This document shows, piece after piece, positions 48,001 to 60,937 of a stretch of 64,000 bases of DNA. The translations under genes were made by a program, and so were the position numbers. The notes under the pieces are model-generated. The model did not search any database, was not told the DNA's origin, and saw only the letters and a program-made list of their open reading frames with translations. Each line of letters starts with the position of its first letter. Within the stretch, counting starts at the first letter, position 1. This DNA comes from Vicinamibacterales bacterium (GTDB lineage Bacteria > Acidobacteriota > Vicinamibacteria > Vicinamibacterales > UBA8438). The stretch is taken from NCBI GenBank assembly GCA_965262925.1, contig CBDHGC010000004.1:6935339-6999338 (forward strand), in the 5' to 3' direction.

Positions 48001-48281
48001 CTCCAGAAACCGGGATCGTCAAGCACGTCGACATCAACGACGCACAGAGCGTCATGCAGCAGCGGCGCGGCCTCACCCTCGCGCTGTTCTCTCGCCGCAT
48101 CGGTCGCCGTGTCGTCGAGGTCGGCCGTCATCATCGCCGCCGCCTGACGTACGCAGTCCAGATCCACGTCGTCACCTTCGCCGACCCACTCGACGGCGGG
48201 CTCCAGAGCTGGGTGTTCATCCTTCCACATCCGCAGAGCAAGACCCGCGCACCGATCTCCGCGGATGGTGGGATATCTCAT
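48001..48281 (-). pseudogene. 5' part of the split 235-aa gene (continues at 37563)
   Basis: MRYPTIRGDRCAGLALRMWKDEHPALEPAVEWVGEGDDVDLDCVRQ...VLDDPGFW. ATGA overlap with the upstream gene. The listed ORF 47940..48281 reads on into the IS end. Confidence 0.8.
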
Positions 48282-49258
48282 GACTCACCGTCGCGAACGG
48301 ATTCGCGGGTCCGGACGAGCACGTCGAGGGCCGCTTCCGCGTGCGCAATCACCTTGGCGGGATTGGCAGTCACGTCGCGGAGGAGCTGCTCGCCCGACGC
48401 CCCGGCCTTCGCGGCGATGCGGAGCACCCTGGCCAACAGGGAGTCGCCCAAGTCACTCCATGTCTGGCCCTTCAGCTCGCTCTCGCGTGCCGCCGCGGCA
48501 TGGACGATAGCCGTGATGACATCCTGCGCGAGCTGCAACTGCATCGCCTGGCTCACGGGTGATCGGGACCGGGCGCTGAGATCATCGAGCAGCTCGCGGT
48601 CGACGTAGAGGTCGAGAGCCTGGGCGTCGTACGATTCGAGCGGATCGACGTCGTCCATGCTGACGTAGCGCATCGTCTTCCGGGGAAGGCCGAGCTGCTG
48701 TCGCGTCTCGTCGTCGAGCGGCTTCGGATGGAACAGCCGTTGCGCCTGTTCCGTTGCGATCTTGAACGTCTCTCGCGCCAGCCACGTTCCCCGCCGCCAC
48801 GGGCGGAGCGGCAGCGGCTCGAGGGCCCGCGCCAAGAGAAGGAAAACATCGACGGTCGCGCCGTGATGCGGGGCGCAGAAGGCCTCGGGGCGATCCGGTT
48901 CCGTCAGGGCCACGACGCGCGCCATGGCGTCCAGATTCGCGCATGAGGCTTGGTGGACGATGTTCGTGATCTTCAGATACGGCGTCGCTGCGGTCACCAA
49001 CAGGGCCAGCGCCGACCGGTCGAACCCGTCGGCGGCCGCGCCCTCCGCTAGCGTCTTCCTGAACGCCTCGAACGATTCGTCGTCCGGTGTCCAGTGGATC
49101 TCGGCCCTCTTCCGCACATGCAGCTCAGGCTCGAAGATCGTGATCCGCCCGCCGGCCTTGCAAGTGCCACCGCCAAAGCGGAGGGCAGCCTTCGAGAGCA
49201 CTTTCGCGAGCGATTTGGAAATCTCGAACGGACGGACAGTCCGAGTCTCACTGCTCAA
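48278..49258 (-). CDS. Hypothetical 326-aa protein, second gene of the GHKL/Dcm operon
   Basis: ORF track. 11-nt overlap with the upstream gene and 4-nt overlap with the downstream gene. I see no nuclease, NTPase or HTH motif by eye. Confidence 0.6.
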   Translation of the reverse strand: MSSETRTVRPFEISKSLAKVLSKAALRFGGGTCKAGGRITIFEPELHVRKRAEIHWTPDDESFEAFRKTLAEGAAADGFDRSALALLVTAATPYLKITNIVHQASCANLDAMARVVALTEPDRPEAFCAPHHGATVDVFLLLARALEPLPLRPWRRGTWLARETFKIATEQAQRLFHPKPLDDETRQQLGLPRKTMRYVSMDDVDPLESYDAQALDLYVDRELLDDLSARSRSPVSQAMQLQLAQDVITAIVHAAAARESELKGQTWSDLGDSLLARVLRIAAKAGASGEQLLRDVTANPAKVIAHAEAALDVLVRTRESVRDGES

Positions 49259-51140
49259 CGTTGAGGTCCTTCACGAACTCCGCGTTCGCGCGAAGCTCGC
49301 CAGTCCAGCCGTTCCGGTACGGCTCGGTCGCGAAGGCAAAACGCGCCTCAACGCCGCGTGCAAGACGACCGACGAACTCGTTGCCCCCACCGGCTGGCCT
49401 GAAACCCGCCGGTGGATCGACCGTAATTTCCGCATCGTCTCCTGTCCGATCATCCTCCACGAACACGTAACGAATCGTCACGGCGATCTCTGCCTCGTCA
49501 TCAGGGGCATGGTCCGTGAGAGAGAAGGACACAGAGCCGCTGACTCTCAGCGAATCGGCCGCCACCTGCGCGAGCATAGAATCGGTGCGAATCGAAACAG
49601 GCCGTGGCTCCGGTTCGGGTCGGGGCCGGGCTGGACCGGCGAGCAGTCTCCTCATGGCCCGATCGAACGCCGGCAGCACGTAGTCGTCGCGACGGTGCCG
49701 CTCAGGCTTCAACTGCTGACGGAAGGTCCCCACCGCGAACTTGATGCGCGCGACGATGTGCTTCGCGCACTGGGTGGCGGACAGCGGAATGTCGTCCGAC
49801 TCCGACGCGGTCGTTTGCCAAGCGTCGTGCCCCTTGGGCTCGGTAGCTCGGAGCGCCTCGTCGACGCTAGGATCAGCGACGAATACGCCACGCACGTACG
49901 GCGTAGCGCGCCCCGCGTCGTAGTACTCAACGACCATGCGGGGCTTCCGGACGAGGGCCACCAGACTACGGTGCTCGATCACCTCGTCGCCGGACGGCGT
50001 CGTCTGTTCCGGGTACGACCACCCCGCCGGATCGGCCACCAACCCCAGCACGCCGGGGCGGGGAAACGAGCCTATGGACCTGAAGGCGACCTGCTTACGA
50101 TCGGACCGCCGGTTATCTGGCGGCGCAGTCGCCACTTCGTAGGCGTCGAGGAACGTCGCGAGCACGTCGTCCTTTCGGGGGCGGGGACACGACTCACTTC
50201 CTTCCGCCGTCTCTACGACGGCGTTGAAGTCCACCCCACTCTCGAGGGCGGGCTACCAGGAACGCTCGATCGCCTTGACGAGACCCGGCGGACGAACGGT
50301 GGGATCGATGAGCAGGAACGTCGTTCCGAGCTGCTCTGGAGACTCCGGCTGCCGAACGGGGATGCCGAGGCCGTCGGCGATTTCGTCGGCCTTCTCGTTC
50401 TTGAAGGGAACGGTGTCCTCCGATCCTGTCGCGTGACCGAACCGAGCGAATCCGGTGTAGCTCCGATCACCGATATGGTGCTGGCCCCAGTAGGCCATGC
50501 CGAGTAGCCGGCGGGTCACCCCCGGGTCGTCCTCGTGTTCGCGGAAGCACGTGTAGGCGACCACCGTCCGGACGGCAGACCCGCGGATCAACCCGCTCTT
50601 GCCGTACCCGTAGGAACCGCCGGTGCCCGCCCGCTTCGCGTGGAACGAGACGGTGTTGAGCGCCAGGTACATCTTGGACCGGTCGCCCGACCACGGTCCG
50701 TACATACCCGTGGTGCCGCTCTCCTCGATCAGGAGGTACGGGAGTGCCCCATCCTCCGCCAGTCGCTCCAGGCAGTTGGGCGAACGAAGACCGAGCTGTC
50801 CGTGGTCGGAATCGCCTAGTCGTTCGGCCAGCTCGCCAAGCCCCAACCTGACGATCAGATGCCGCTTGCGCTCCGCAAGCGCGGACCTGAACGAGAAGCG
50901 ATTCTCGAAGGGCGGTGCATCGTCGGAGTCCTCGCGCAACTCGATCGCGGCATCCCACGAGTTCTGGATTACCTCCCGTGCGAGCAGCGTGGCGTCCGCT
51001 GAAGGCGCACCGGCTGAGAACACCCCGGGCTGCTTGACGCTCTCGTTCTTGAACAGCTTGGAGAGATCGCCTGACGAACTGCTACGACTGGGGTTGGTCT
51101 TCTCCCAGTACCACTTGCGGGACGGTGTGTCGGCGGCCAT
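49248..51140 (-). pseudogene. GHKL (Hsp90/MutL/MORC-like) ATPase, ~630 aa, interrupted by one in-frame TAG at 50253-50255
   Basis: N box REVIQNSWDAAIE, G1 IEESGTTGMYG, G2 RAGTGGSYGYGKSG (ORF 50253..51140). ORF 49248..50234 is in the same frame. My reading gives ...VKAIERSW*PALESGVDFNAVV. Confidence 0.75.
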
Positions 51141-51710
51141 GCGACGTGTAAACAGGGGGCTCGATCCGGTCGATGGAAATCGGAGCCCACAAGACTCCGC
51201 GGATTCTACACGACGGCTCGTTACCCCGGGGTGGCGCGCCTCGAGGACCTCAAGAGCCCAGCGGATGAGCGGCCCGGCGCCTCGCCCGCGTCGCGGGCGG
51301 CGCGCCGCACGGCGGGGACCCCGGGCCCGACGCCCTCGGTTGAGGACCTGCCGACAGTGACCATCGAGGCGAACGCCGAGTTCAAGCCGAAGGCTCGGAT
51401 GCGATGTTCACGCTCCGCCGGACGGGCGAAACCGACGAACGAGCGCGTCGGTCAGCCCGGGCTCGGGGACCAACACGCTGCGCGTCGAAACGGTCAACGG
51501 CAACACGGGCGAGAGCGACCAGCACGGTGACCGTCACCCTGAGAACGGGGAGAACTACGAGCTCGGGAACGACAACACGTCAGAGGCGACCACACGATAC
51601 TCGACGACGACTCGGCGCCGGCAACCGTGGTGTCGCCGCCGAGATCGGGAACGATTATCCGGACCTGACCGCGACTACGTTTCCGGGACACCGCCGAGGC
51701 GCAGACCGCG

Positions 51711-52927
51711 ATGGTCGTCACCATCTGGACCGAGCTGCCGCGGCCGCAGGTTACCAGGAACGAGTTCTTCCGCCGCGGCGAGGAGTCCTTCGGCGGCGAG
51801 GACTTCCACCGCTTCTTCGGACAGCCCCCGGGGTTCGACCGGGATCGGTCGGGTGAGCGTAACGAGGACCAGGACGAGCAGGAGCGCACGCCGCTGGCGG
51901 CGACCGGCACCGGGTTCGACGCCGCCGGCCTGATCCTGACCAACAACCCCCTGGTCGAGAACGCCACCAGCATCCAGATCCAGTTCTACGGCGACGACGA
52001 GCGCTACGCCGCGCGGGTGCTCGGCCGCGACCGGCTGACCGACAGCGGGCTGCTCGAGCTGGTCGAGCGGCCCGCCCGGAAGCTGCCCGCGGCCAGATTC
52101 GGCGACTCCAGCCGGATGGCGCCGGGCGACTGGGTGATGGCCATCGGCGCGCCCTTCGGCCTCAGCCACACGGTTACAGTCGGGGTTGTCTCGGCGCTCG
52201 CCCGGTCCATGCGGCCGGTGCCTGGTCGTACCAACGAGATGCTGCAGACCGACGCGGCGATCAAACCCGGGCAACTCCGGTGGCCCGCTGCTGAACATCC
52301 GCGGCGAGGTCATCGGCATGAACACGGCCATCATCAGCGACCGCGCATCGAACTCGGGCGTCGGCTTCGCCGTGCCGATCAATCAACACGGTGCTGGACC
52401 CCTGCTCGGCGAGCTGCGCGGCGGCAAGGTGACCCGCGGCGTCATCGGCGTGCAGATCGGCGAGGTGCCGAGTGACGACTACCAGGTGCTTGGCCTCGAC
52501 GCGCTTCGCGGGGTGATCGTCTCGACCGTCGCGCCGGACGGACCTGCCGACGAAGCGGGCATCGAGCCGGGCGACGTCATCGCCGCCTACGCGGGCGAGC
52601 CGGTGGAGGACTCGCTGGACCTGCAGCGCCGCGTGGTCGGCACCCGGCCGGGCACCGGCGTGGCGGTCGACGTCGTCCGCAACGGCGAGCCGGTGACCCT
52701 GGATGTGACGATCGGCGAGTTGAACCTCGACGTCCGAGAGCCGCAGCGTGATGGCGGCCGTGGCCGAGGAGACCAGCGAGGGCTTCGGCATCACCCTGCA
52801 GGATCTGACGTCGCAGATGATGCGCCGGCTCGGCGTCCCGGACACCATCGAGGCGGGCCGGACGGCCTTCCTCCTCGTGCAACGCCGCGACACGCGCGTC
52901 TTCCTGCAGCTGCAGAAGGATCAGTAA
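51711..52927 (+). pseudogene. HtrA/DegP-family serine protease with PDZ region; 5'-truncated, at least 2 frameshifts, catalytic His codon replaced
   Basis: GTGFDAAGLILTNNPLVENA (expected TNNHVVE), DSGLLEL, GDWVMAIGAPFGLSHTVTVGVVSA. TDAAIKPGQL should read TDAAINPGNSGGPLLN (extra A at ~52270-52281). GVGFAVPIN and PDZ-like GVIVSTVAPDGPADEAGIEPGDVI. A second frame change occurs at ~52745. Confidence 0.7.
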
Positions 52928-53077
52928 CCGGAGTCGACGGCTTGGCGGGAGCGGCGGGCTGAGCACCTGGCGGGGACCGCCAAGCCGTACTGGATGGTCG
53001 TGCTGGCGTAGGCCGCGCTTCGCGAGGCAATGCGGCGCAAACTGGGGGCGGAGCGTTTCCAAAAGCGTCCACTCGGT

Positions 53078-55477
<2,400 letters not shown>

Positions 55478-56006
55478 GTCGGCGGTTGTCTACGGCCGCG
55501 CCTGCGGACCCGAGGCATCGATGGCCTTCCCGCACGAGCCTCGGCCCCGCGTTCTCGCGTGGGTTGGCGGTTGCCAACGCCGTATCGTTCGGGGACCACG
55601 GCCCATTGTCTGATGGAGTGCTGCTTCACCGCGCCTCGAGCCGAGCCGCGGGCAGGGGCCACTGGCGACGAGCACCGTCGCCGGCACGCTGCTGTCCGTG
55701 CGGATCAAGCAGGGCACGGAACCGTTCACGGAAGGCACTCGAGCGAGTGCAAGGCCGTCGAGCCGAGGCACTGTCCCGCCGCCGTCGGGGATACGACCCG
55801 GAGAGGGGATTTGGTTGCGCACGCGGGCGGCGCCCGCCGGCTGGTCGTAGAGCACCGTGAGGGCGGAGGGACTCGCTCGGCGGACGAGGCGGCGCTCCGG
55901 GAGCGCTTTGGCTACGCGCCGCTCGTTCGAGGCCGCCGGCCGGCCGGCCGGCCGACCCGACCTGCCGGAGCGCTTCGAGGCCACGGTGAAACGGCAGGAC
56001 CGGCTG

Positions 56007-56290
56007 ATGCTCGTCCCGACGCGACGCTCGTGGAAGGAGGTGGCCCGCGTCACCGGCCTCACGAAAAAGGACACCGAGACCATCATCGATACCGTGTTCG
56101 GCGGCGTCGTGCACGCGCTGCACCGGGGGGAAGGTCGAACTCCGCGGCTTCGGCAGTTTTCGCCTCCGGCGCCGCGAGCCGCACAGGGGCCGCAACCCCA
56201 GGACCGGTGATCGGGTGGACGTGCCGTCGAAGCGCGTCGCCTACTTCAAGCCCGGCAAGGAGCTGAAGGAGCTGATCAACCGGGAGCCTG
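56007..56290 (+). pseudogene. HU/IHF-family DNA-binding protein, frame broken in a G6 run
   Basis: [33 protein letters not shown] (ORF 55857..56210). After the G run 56125-56130 it continues [50 protein letters not shown] (frame of ORF 56215..56664). The natural stop is unclear. Confidence 0.7.
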
Positions 56291-56431
56291 CGCCGGCCGG
56301 ACCAGCGGTGCTCTCTTCTCCCACGTCGATGTCCGATGCCGGGACGAGGCTATCCTGGCCGGAATGCCGCCCCGAAGGGTCGGCAGGCCGGCACGACCAA
56401 AGAGTTCGATCAGCCAACATCGGAGAAGAAC

Positions 56432-56570
56432 ATGTCAGCCAGCGTAACCATCGAGGACAACGAAGCGGAGTTCGAGGCCTCGGAAGCCGACGAGCGTGCC
56501 ACGCTCGCGCTGTGCGACCTGCTCGAGGAAGCAGGCAGAGGCCGGATGACCTTGAGCGAGCTGGCAAGCC
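56432..56570 (+). pseudogene. 5' part of a TPR-like protein gene split by Tn5-like copy 2
   Basis: [46 protein letters not shown]. It joins in frame to 60938..61845 once the IS and one 8-bp TSD copy are removed. Confidence 0.7.
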
Positions 56571-56814
56571 CTACCCTGTGAGCCACTTGCAAAACTCTTG
56601 GGGTCGCGGCTCGGCTCAGTCCTCCGATTCTCGGGGTGAACACCCCAATTGTTCTGGATTTTGACTCCGTGTTCTGGTCCTGAAGGGCCGGCGGCAGCCA
56701 GGAAGCGGAAAACAAGGGGATCGACGTGTTTTCCACCGAGCGTCGGGACACCGGTGGGTGACTGACGCCGGTTGAGCGCCGGGATTGGATGGGCGTTTGC
56801 CGGCGGCGCGTTGG

Positions 56815-57954
56815 CTATGTCACCAGACGCAGGAGCTGGTCGGCGGTGAGCGCCAACATGCCGAACATGCAGTGGCACATCACCTTCGCGGTGCCACGGA
56901 CCCGGACATGGCGACCACCGAACTCGTCCTTGAGACGGCCATTGACGCGCTCACCCGCCGTACGCTCGTTGTAGCGAACCTGCTCGGCACGCTGGAAGCC
57001 GAGATTTTTCAGGCGCCGGGCTTCGGTTCGCAGTTCCTCCGCCCGGGCCTTGTCGCCACGAGGGTTGACGTCAATCAACGGGACGTGGCCGAGTGAGCGG
57101 CTATGCTCCCGGATCTGCTCCGCGTCGTAGGCGGCGTCCATCAGGTCATACAGATTGGTCGTCCGCTCGGCGGACAGAGTCGCCAGCGGAATGGCGGCCT
57201 GGCTGTCATGCAGGGAGGCGGACGTCAACAGGCAACTGATCGGAATCTGGCCGTCGGCCACGTCAATGTGCAGCTTGTAGCCGACCCAGGTGGTCTTGTA
57301 GCCCTTGCTGTTCTTCTTCGTGCCGACATCGCAGGCGGTCGGCAGATCGTCCAGCATCGCCGGCAGGTTCATGGTCGGCTGCCGTTCGAGACGTGTCAGG
57401 ACCTTTGGCCGTTCTTCGCCCTTCTTCGGCCGCCCGCGCTTGCGCTTGGGCGGCGTGGGCGGCTTCTCCTTCGTGGCCGGCTTCTCACGGGCCTCGATGG
57501 CCGTCGAGTCGCGCGAGAGGTGGCCCACCAGCCGGTCGTGGTGCGTCTCCCGGATCAGCGCTTCGTGCACGCGCTGGGGCAACTGCGTGTCGGCGAACTC
57601 GGCAAAGGCGCGCGAGAAGACCGACTCGCTCGGCACCTCGAACTTCCGCTCCCAGCCGCAGAGCCGGCGCAGGGCCACATCGGCGGCCAACCGGTCCAGC
57701 AGTGCGCGCGTCGACGGCAGGTCGTAGACCGCCTTGGCCACGAAGGCCCGCGCCATCGCCGCGCGGTCCTTGGGCGGCCGCCCCGGCGCCCGGAAGTACC
57801 GGGGAATCAGGCGCTCGATACGGATGACCTCCAGGGTCTGCACCAACTGCTGCTGTTTTTCGGTCAGTGGACCCAACGCCTGCTCCAACCGCGGGAACAG
57901 CGTACGCTGGATCGACTCCCAGTAGGGGGCGAACGAGGCGCGCAGGGCATTCAT
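56815..57954 (-). CDS. DDE transposase of IS copy B
   Basis: The protein in the ORF track is identical to that of copy A. Confidence 0.85.
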   Translation of the reverse strand: MNALRASFAPYWESIQRTLFPRLEQALGPLTEKQQQLVQTLEVIRIERLIPRYFRAPGRPPKDRAAMARAFVAKAVYDLPSTRALLDRLAADVALRRLCGWERKFEVPSESVFSRAFAEFADTQLPQRVHEALIRETHHDRLVGHLSRDSTAIEAREKPATKEKPPTPPKRKRGRPKKGEERPKVLTRLERQPTMNLPAMLDDLPTACDVGTKKNSKGYKTTWVGYKLHIDVADGQIPISCLLTSASLHDSQAAIPLATLSAERTTNLYDLMDAAYDAEQIREHSRSLGHVPLIDVNPRGDKARAEELRTEARRLKNLGFQRAEQVRYNERTAGERVNGRLKDEFGGRHVRVRGTAKVMCHCMFGMLALTADQLLRLVT

Positions 57955-58003
57955 GGCTTGTTGACCGCTCCTGCGAGCTACTGTATATTTACGCGCAGGG
58001 GCA

Positions 58004-58369
58004 ATGTCAAGCTGCGGTTCGATGGCCGGTGCGGACCAGATGCGCCAGTACACGGAGCGATACGACGCGCTCAAGGCGGAACTGCAGTCGCTTGGGTTTC
58101 TCTTCCAGGGCAGCCTCCAGACCCGCCGGATAGCGTGTGGGAAGACCACCTGCCGCTGCTACCGCGACCCGGACGCCCGGCACGGTCCCTACCACTACTG
58201 GACACGCAAGGACCGCGGGAAAACCGTCGGGATGAGGCTCACCGAAGACGAACTTGTCCTCTACCAGGAGTGGATCGAGAACAACCGCGAATTGGAGCGG
58301 CTCGTGAAGGAAATGCGCGGCCTCTCTTCGCGCGTGCTTGCCTTCATAACCGGCCGGGAGGCCCCATGA
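58004..58369 (+). CDS. Small Cys-motif protein of IS copy B
   Basis: Identical to 13382..13747. Confidence 0.65.
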   Translation: MSSCGSMAGADQMRQYTERYDALKAELQSLGFLFQGSLQTRRIACGKTTCRCYRDPDARHGPYHYWTRKDRGKTVGMRLTEDELVLYQEWIENNRELERLVKEMRGLSSRVLAFITGREAP

Positions 58370-58520
58370 ACCCCCGCGTCTCGGACTCGTCGGCGGCGGT
58401 GACCGCTACCGCCATCCTTCAGACGCTACGTCCCGCCCACTGACCGTCCCTCGCCCTGCGGCTTCCGGCAAAGAAAACCCGGCCGATTACCGATTTTTGC
58501 AAGAGGCTCCTGTACCCACA

Positions 58521-60870
58521 TTATTCGTTCTGGACAACTCCAGCACGCTCCCGCCGTCCAATGCGGTAGCCGATGGTTGCGATGGACATTCGTTCGTAAC
58601 CGCGCCACATGATCTGGTGTCCGGGGGGCGGGTCGTGCGTTCGGTTCTGGTAGCCGCCGAGGATGGCGAGCAGGAGGACTGCGGCGGCGAGATGGTCAGG
58701 GGGGCGGCAGGCCGAGTTCTTCGGCATAGTCGGTCAGGAAACGCAACTCGATGTCGGTGAACAGCAACTGGGCGTCGCACCCCGGCACGTCACGACCGAG
58801 CAGGGTCATCACCATCAGGCGCCAGGCGATCACGGTATTGATGGTGACCGCGCGTTGGAGCCGGTCGGCGGTGTGGAACGCGAGATGTTCGACTCGGCAT
58901 CCGGACTTGAGCACCCGGAACAGGTCTTCGATGCGCCAGCGCCGCAGGTAGTAGCCGATGACCGCGACCGCGGTTTCGGTGCTGTCGACGTCGAGGCTGG
59001 TGAGCAGGAACCACTCGACCGCCGGCTCGCCGGGCGGCGGCGCGGTTTCGCGCACATGGACCGTTGACAGCGCCAGCGGTTCGGCGCCGGCGATGGTCGG
59101 CGGCGCCACCACTTGGCGATGGCGCACCTCGGCCCGCGCCACCCGCCCGGTGCGCGCCGGGCGGGCCTGCCTGCCGTTCGACTTGCGCCGCGCGCTCAGG
59201 CGGTCGATCTCGATCTCGACGTGCCCGTCGGCGGCGCCGGCGCGCATGGCGGCGAACAGCTTCGGGGCGCCCTGGGCGAGACAGCGGTCATGGTGGGCGC
59301 GCACCAGCACTTCCACCCGGTTCAGACGGCGCTGCTCGTCGAACACCGCGAAGCAATCCGCCTCCCGGTCCATGACGCTGAGCACTCGGGTCTTGCGGCT
59401 CAACGCCGCCGCCGCCCGGTCGATGTCGCGCAGGCCGTCGACCCAGCGCCGCGTCTTGGGGGCCGTCTCCTGCGCCGCCGCCGGCGGCGGCTCGTCCGCC
59501 GGGCGCGCCGCGCCGCCCGGCGGCGCCTCGAAACCGCAGCGCAGCACGCCCAGCGGCAGACCCGCGCCATTGACCGCCAGGGTCAGATGCAGATGCAGGC
59601 CGAGCGTCTTCGAGGCCGTCTGGTTGCGCCCGATGATGCCCAGCCCCTCGCAGTGCGGGCGCGTCGCAAAATTCAGATCCGTCCCGTCCTGGATGCACAG
59701 CACCGTGTCCTGGCCGCGCATCCGCTGCAGCGTGCGCGCCCGGTGGGGCGCGAGAATGTTCCCGGGCGTGACCGCCGACGACACCGGCTGGTCGATGAGC
59801 CGGTAGTAGCCCTTCACCGCCGCGCGGTCGTGGGACGCGTTGGCGGTGACCGCCTCTCCGGGCAACGACGCCAGCAGCCCCGCGCTCTTGACCAGACGCG
59901 CCGACAACCGCTGATCGCCCAACGGCGCCCCTCCAAACTCGTTCACCGTCCAGGCGCCGCTGTCGAGACCGTCAGCCGGCGCCAGCGCCGGCGCCGCGTC
60001 GACCCGCGCCACCCCCAACCGCCGCCGCCAGTGCGGCTCCAACTCATACATATATACCGACTTGACCGGACGAGCCCGCGCGTGGTCACGGTCCTGGCGC
60101 CCGCGACCGGCCGTGTGCCCGACCCACACGAAGTTGGCCGCCTTGAAGCTGGCGCCGTCATGCGCGGGGCCGACGAAGGTCTCCACCAGCCACGGGCGAT
60201 ACCGGTAGCGGGCCTCGAAATCCGCTGGCAAACGCGCCAGCACCTGGCCCAGCACCTGGCTGGCCAGGTTGCGGCATTGCACGCCGGGGCGGATCAGGAA
60301 CCGGCTCAGGCACAGCACCCGGTGCAGATGGGCTTGGCGTTGCTCATCGCTCCATCCCATCCACGCCTCGCGCGCCCGCAATTGCAACGCCGACGCCGAA
60401 AACCCGACCGCGCCGAGCACCCCGTGCGCCGAGACCACCAGATAGCGCACCTGGCAGCCCGCAAAGGTCGTCGTCCCCTGCGGATGCTCGAAGTGCAGCA
60501 AGGTATTCCACACCCGGCGCTGCCGGCCTTGCTCTACCCGCTCCAGCGACAACCCCGCGACCGCCTCCACCGTACCCGGCACCGCCGTGGCCGCCGCCAC
60601 CGGCGCGTCGAAACGCTGCGGAGTGGGCGCGCCCCCGCCACCCCGCGACGCCGGCAACGCAATCCGCCCCGCCTTGTGCAGCGTGTTGAGCGCTTTGAGA
60701 CAACCCGCGAGTTGGGCCGACCCGCGCGCATCCACAAACCCGAACTCCGCGCACACCCGCCGCCCCACCGCCGCCCGGTTGTTCAGCGCCTCCTGCGCCA
60801 CAATTCGCTCGAGGCGAGCTTGCGACTCAGGCGCACGAAGGGTCTGTAGTATCTGGTTCTGGTGCTCCAT
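58521..60870 (-). pseudogene. Tn5-like transposase of copy 2, same homopolymer frame break (G6 at 58699-58704)
   Basis: ORFs 58696..60870 and 58521..58727. A few amino-acid differences from copy 1 (e.g. SALQLRAREAW vs SALHLRAREAW). Confidence 0.8.
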
Positions 60871-60937
60871 GCCGTGACGCTACACGGCGGAAGCTTATTT
60901 GTCCAGCCCTGAATGTGGGGGCAGGGTAGGGCAAGCC

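Larger units (their letters stand above)
56580..58509 (-). mobile_element. IS5/IS1182-like IS, copy B (1930 bp), 4-bp TSD CTGT, inserted 9 bp inside the terminal IR of Tn5-like copy 2
   Basis: Inverted, near-identical to copy A; I noticed at least one substitution. CTGT at 56576-56579 and 58510-58513. Confidence 0.9.
56571..60929 (-). mobile_element. Tn5/IS50-like element, copy 2, 8-bp TSD GGCAAGCC, itself carrying IS copy B
   Basis: The same ends as copy 1. TSD at 56563-56570 and 60930-60937. A handful of substitutions relative to copy 1. Confidence 0.85.

Noticed and set aside
51350-51660. Calx-beta-like remnant (FTLRRTGETDE..., VTVTLENGENYELGNDNTSEATT...LDDDSAPATV) spread over several frames
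   Set aside because: The resemblance is suggestive, but it needs at least 3 frame changes within 300 bp. It is too weak to annotate.
55931-55955. (GCCG)n-type microsatellite, also at 62145-62167
   Set aside because: It is a short low-complexity run expected by chance in high-GC DNA. There is no evidence of function.
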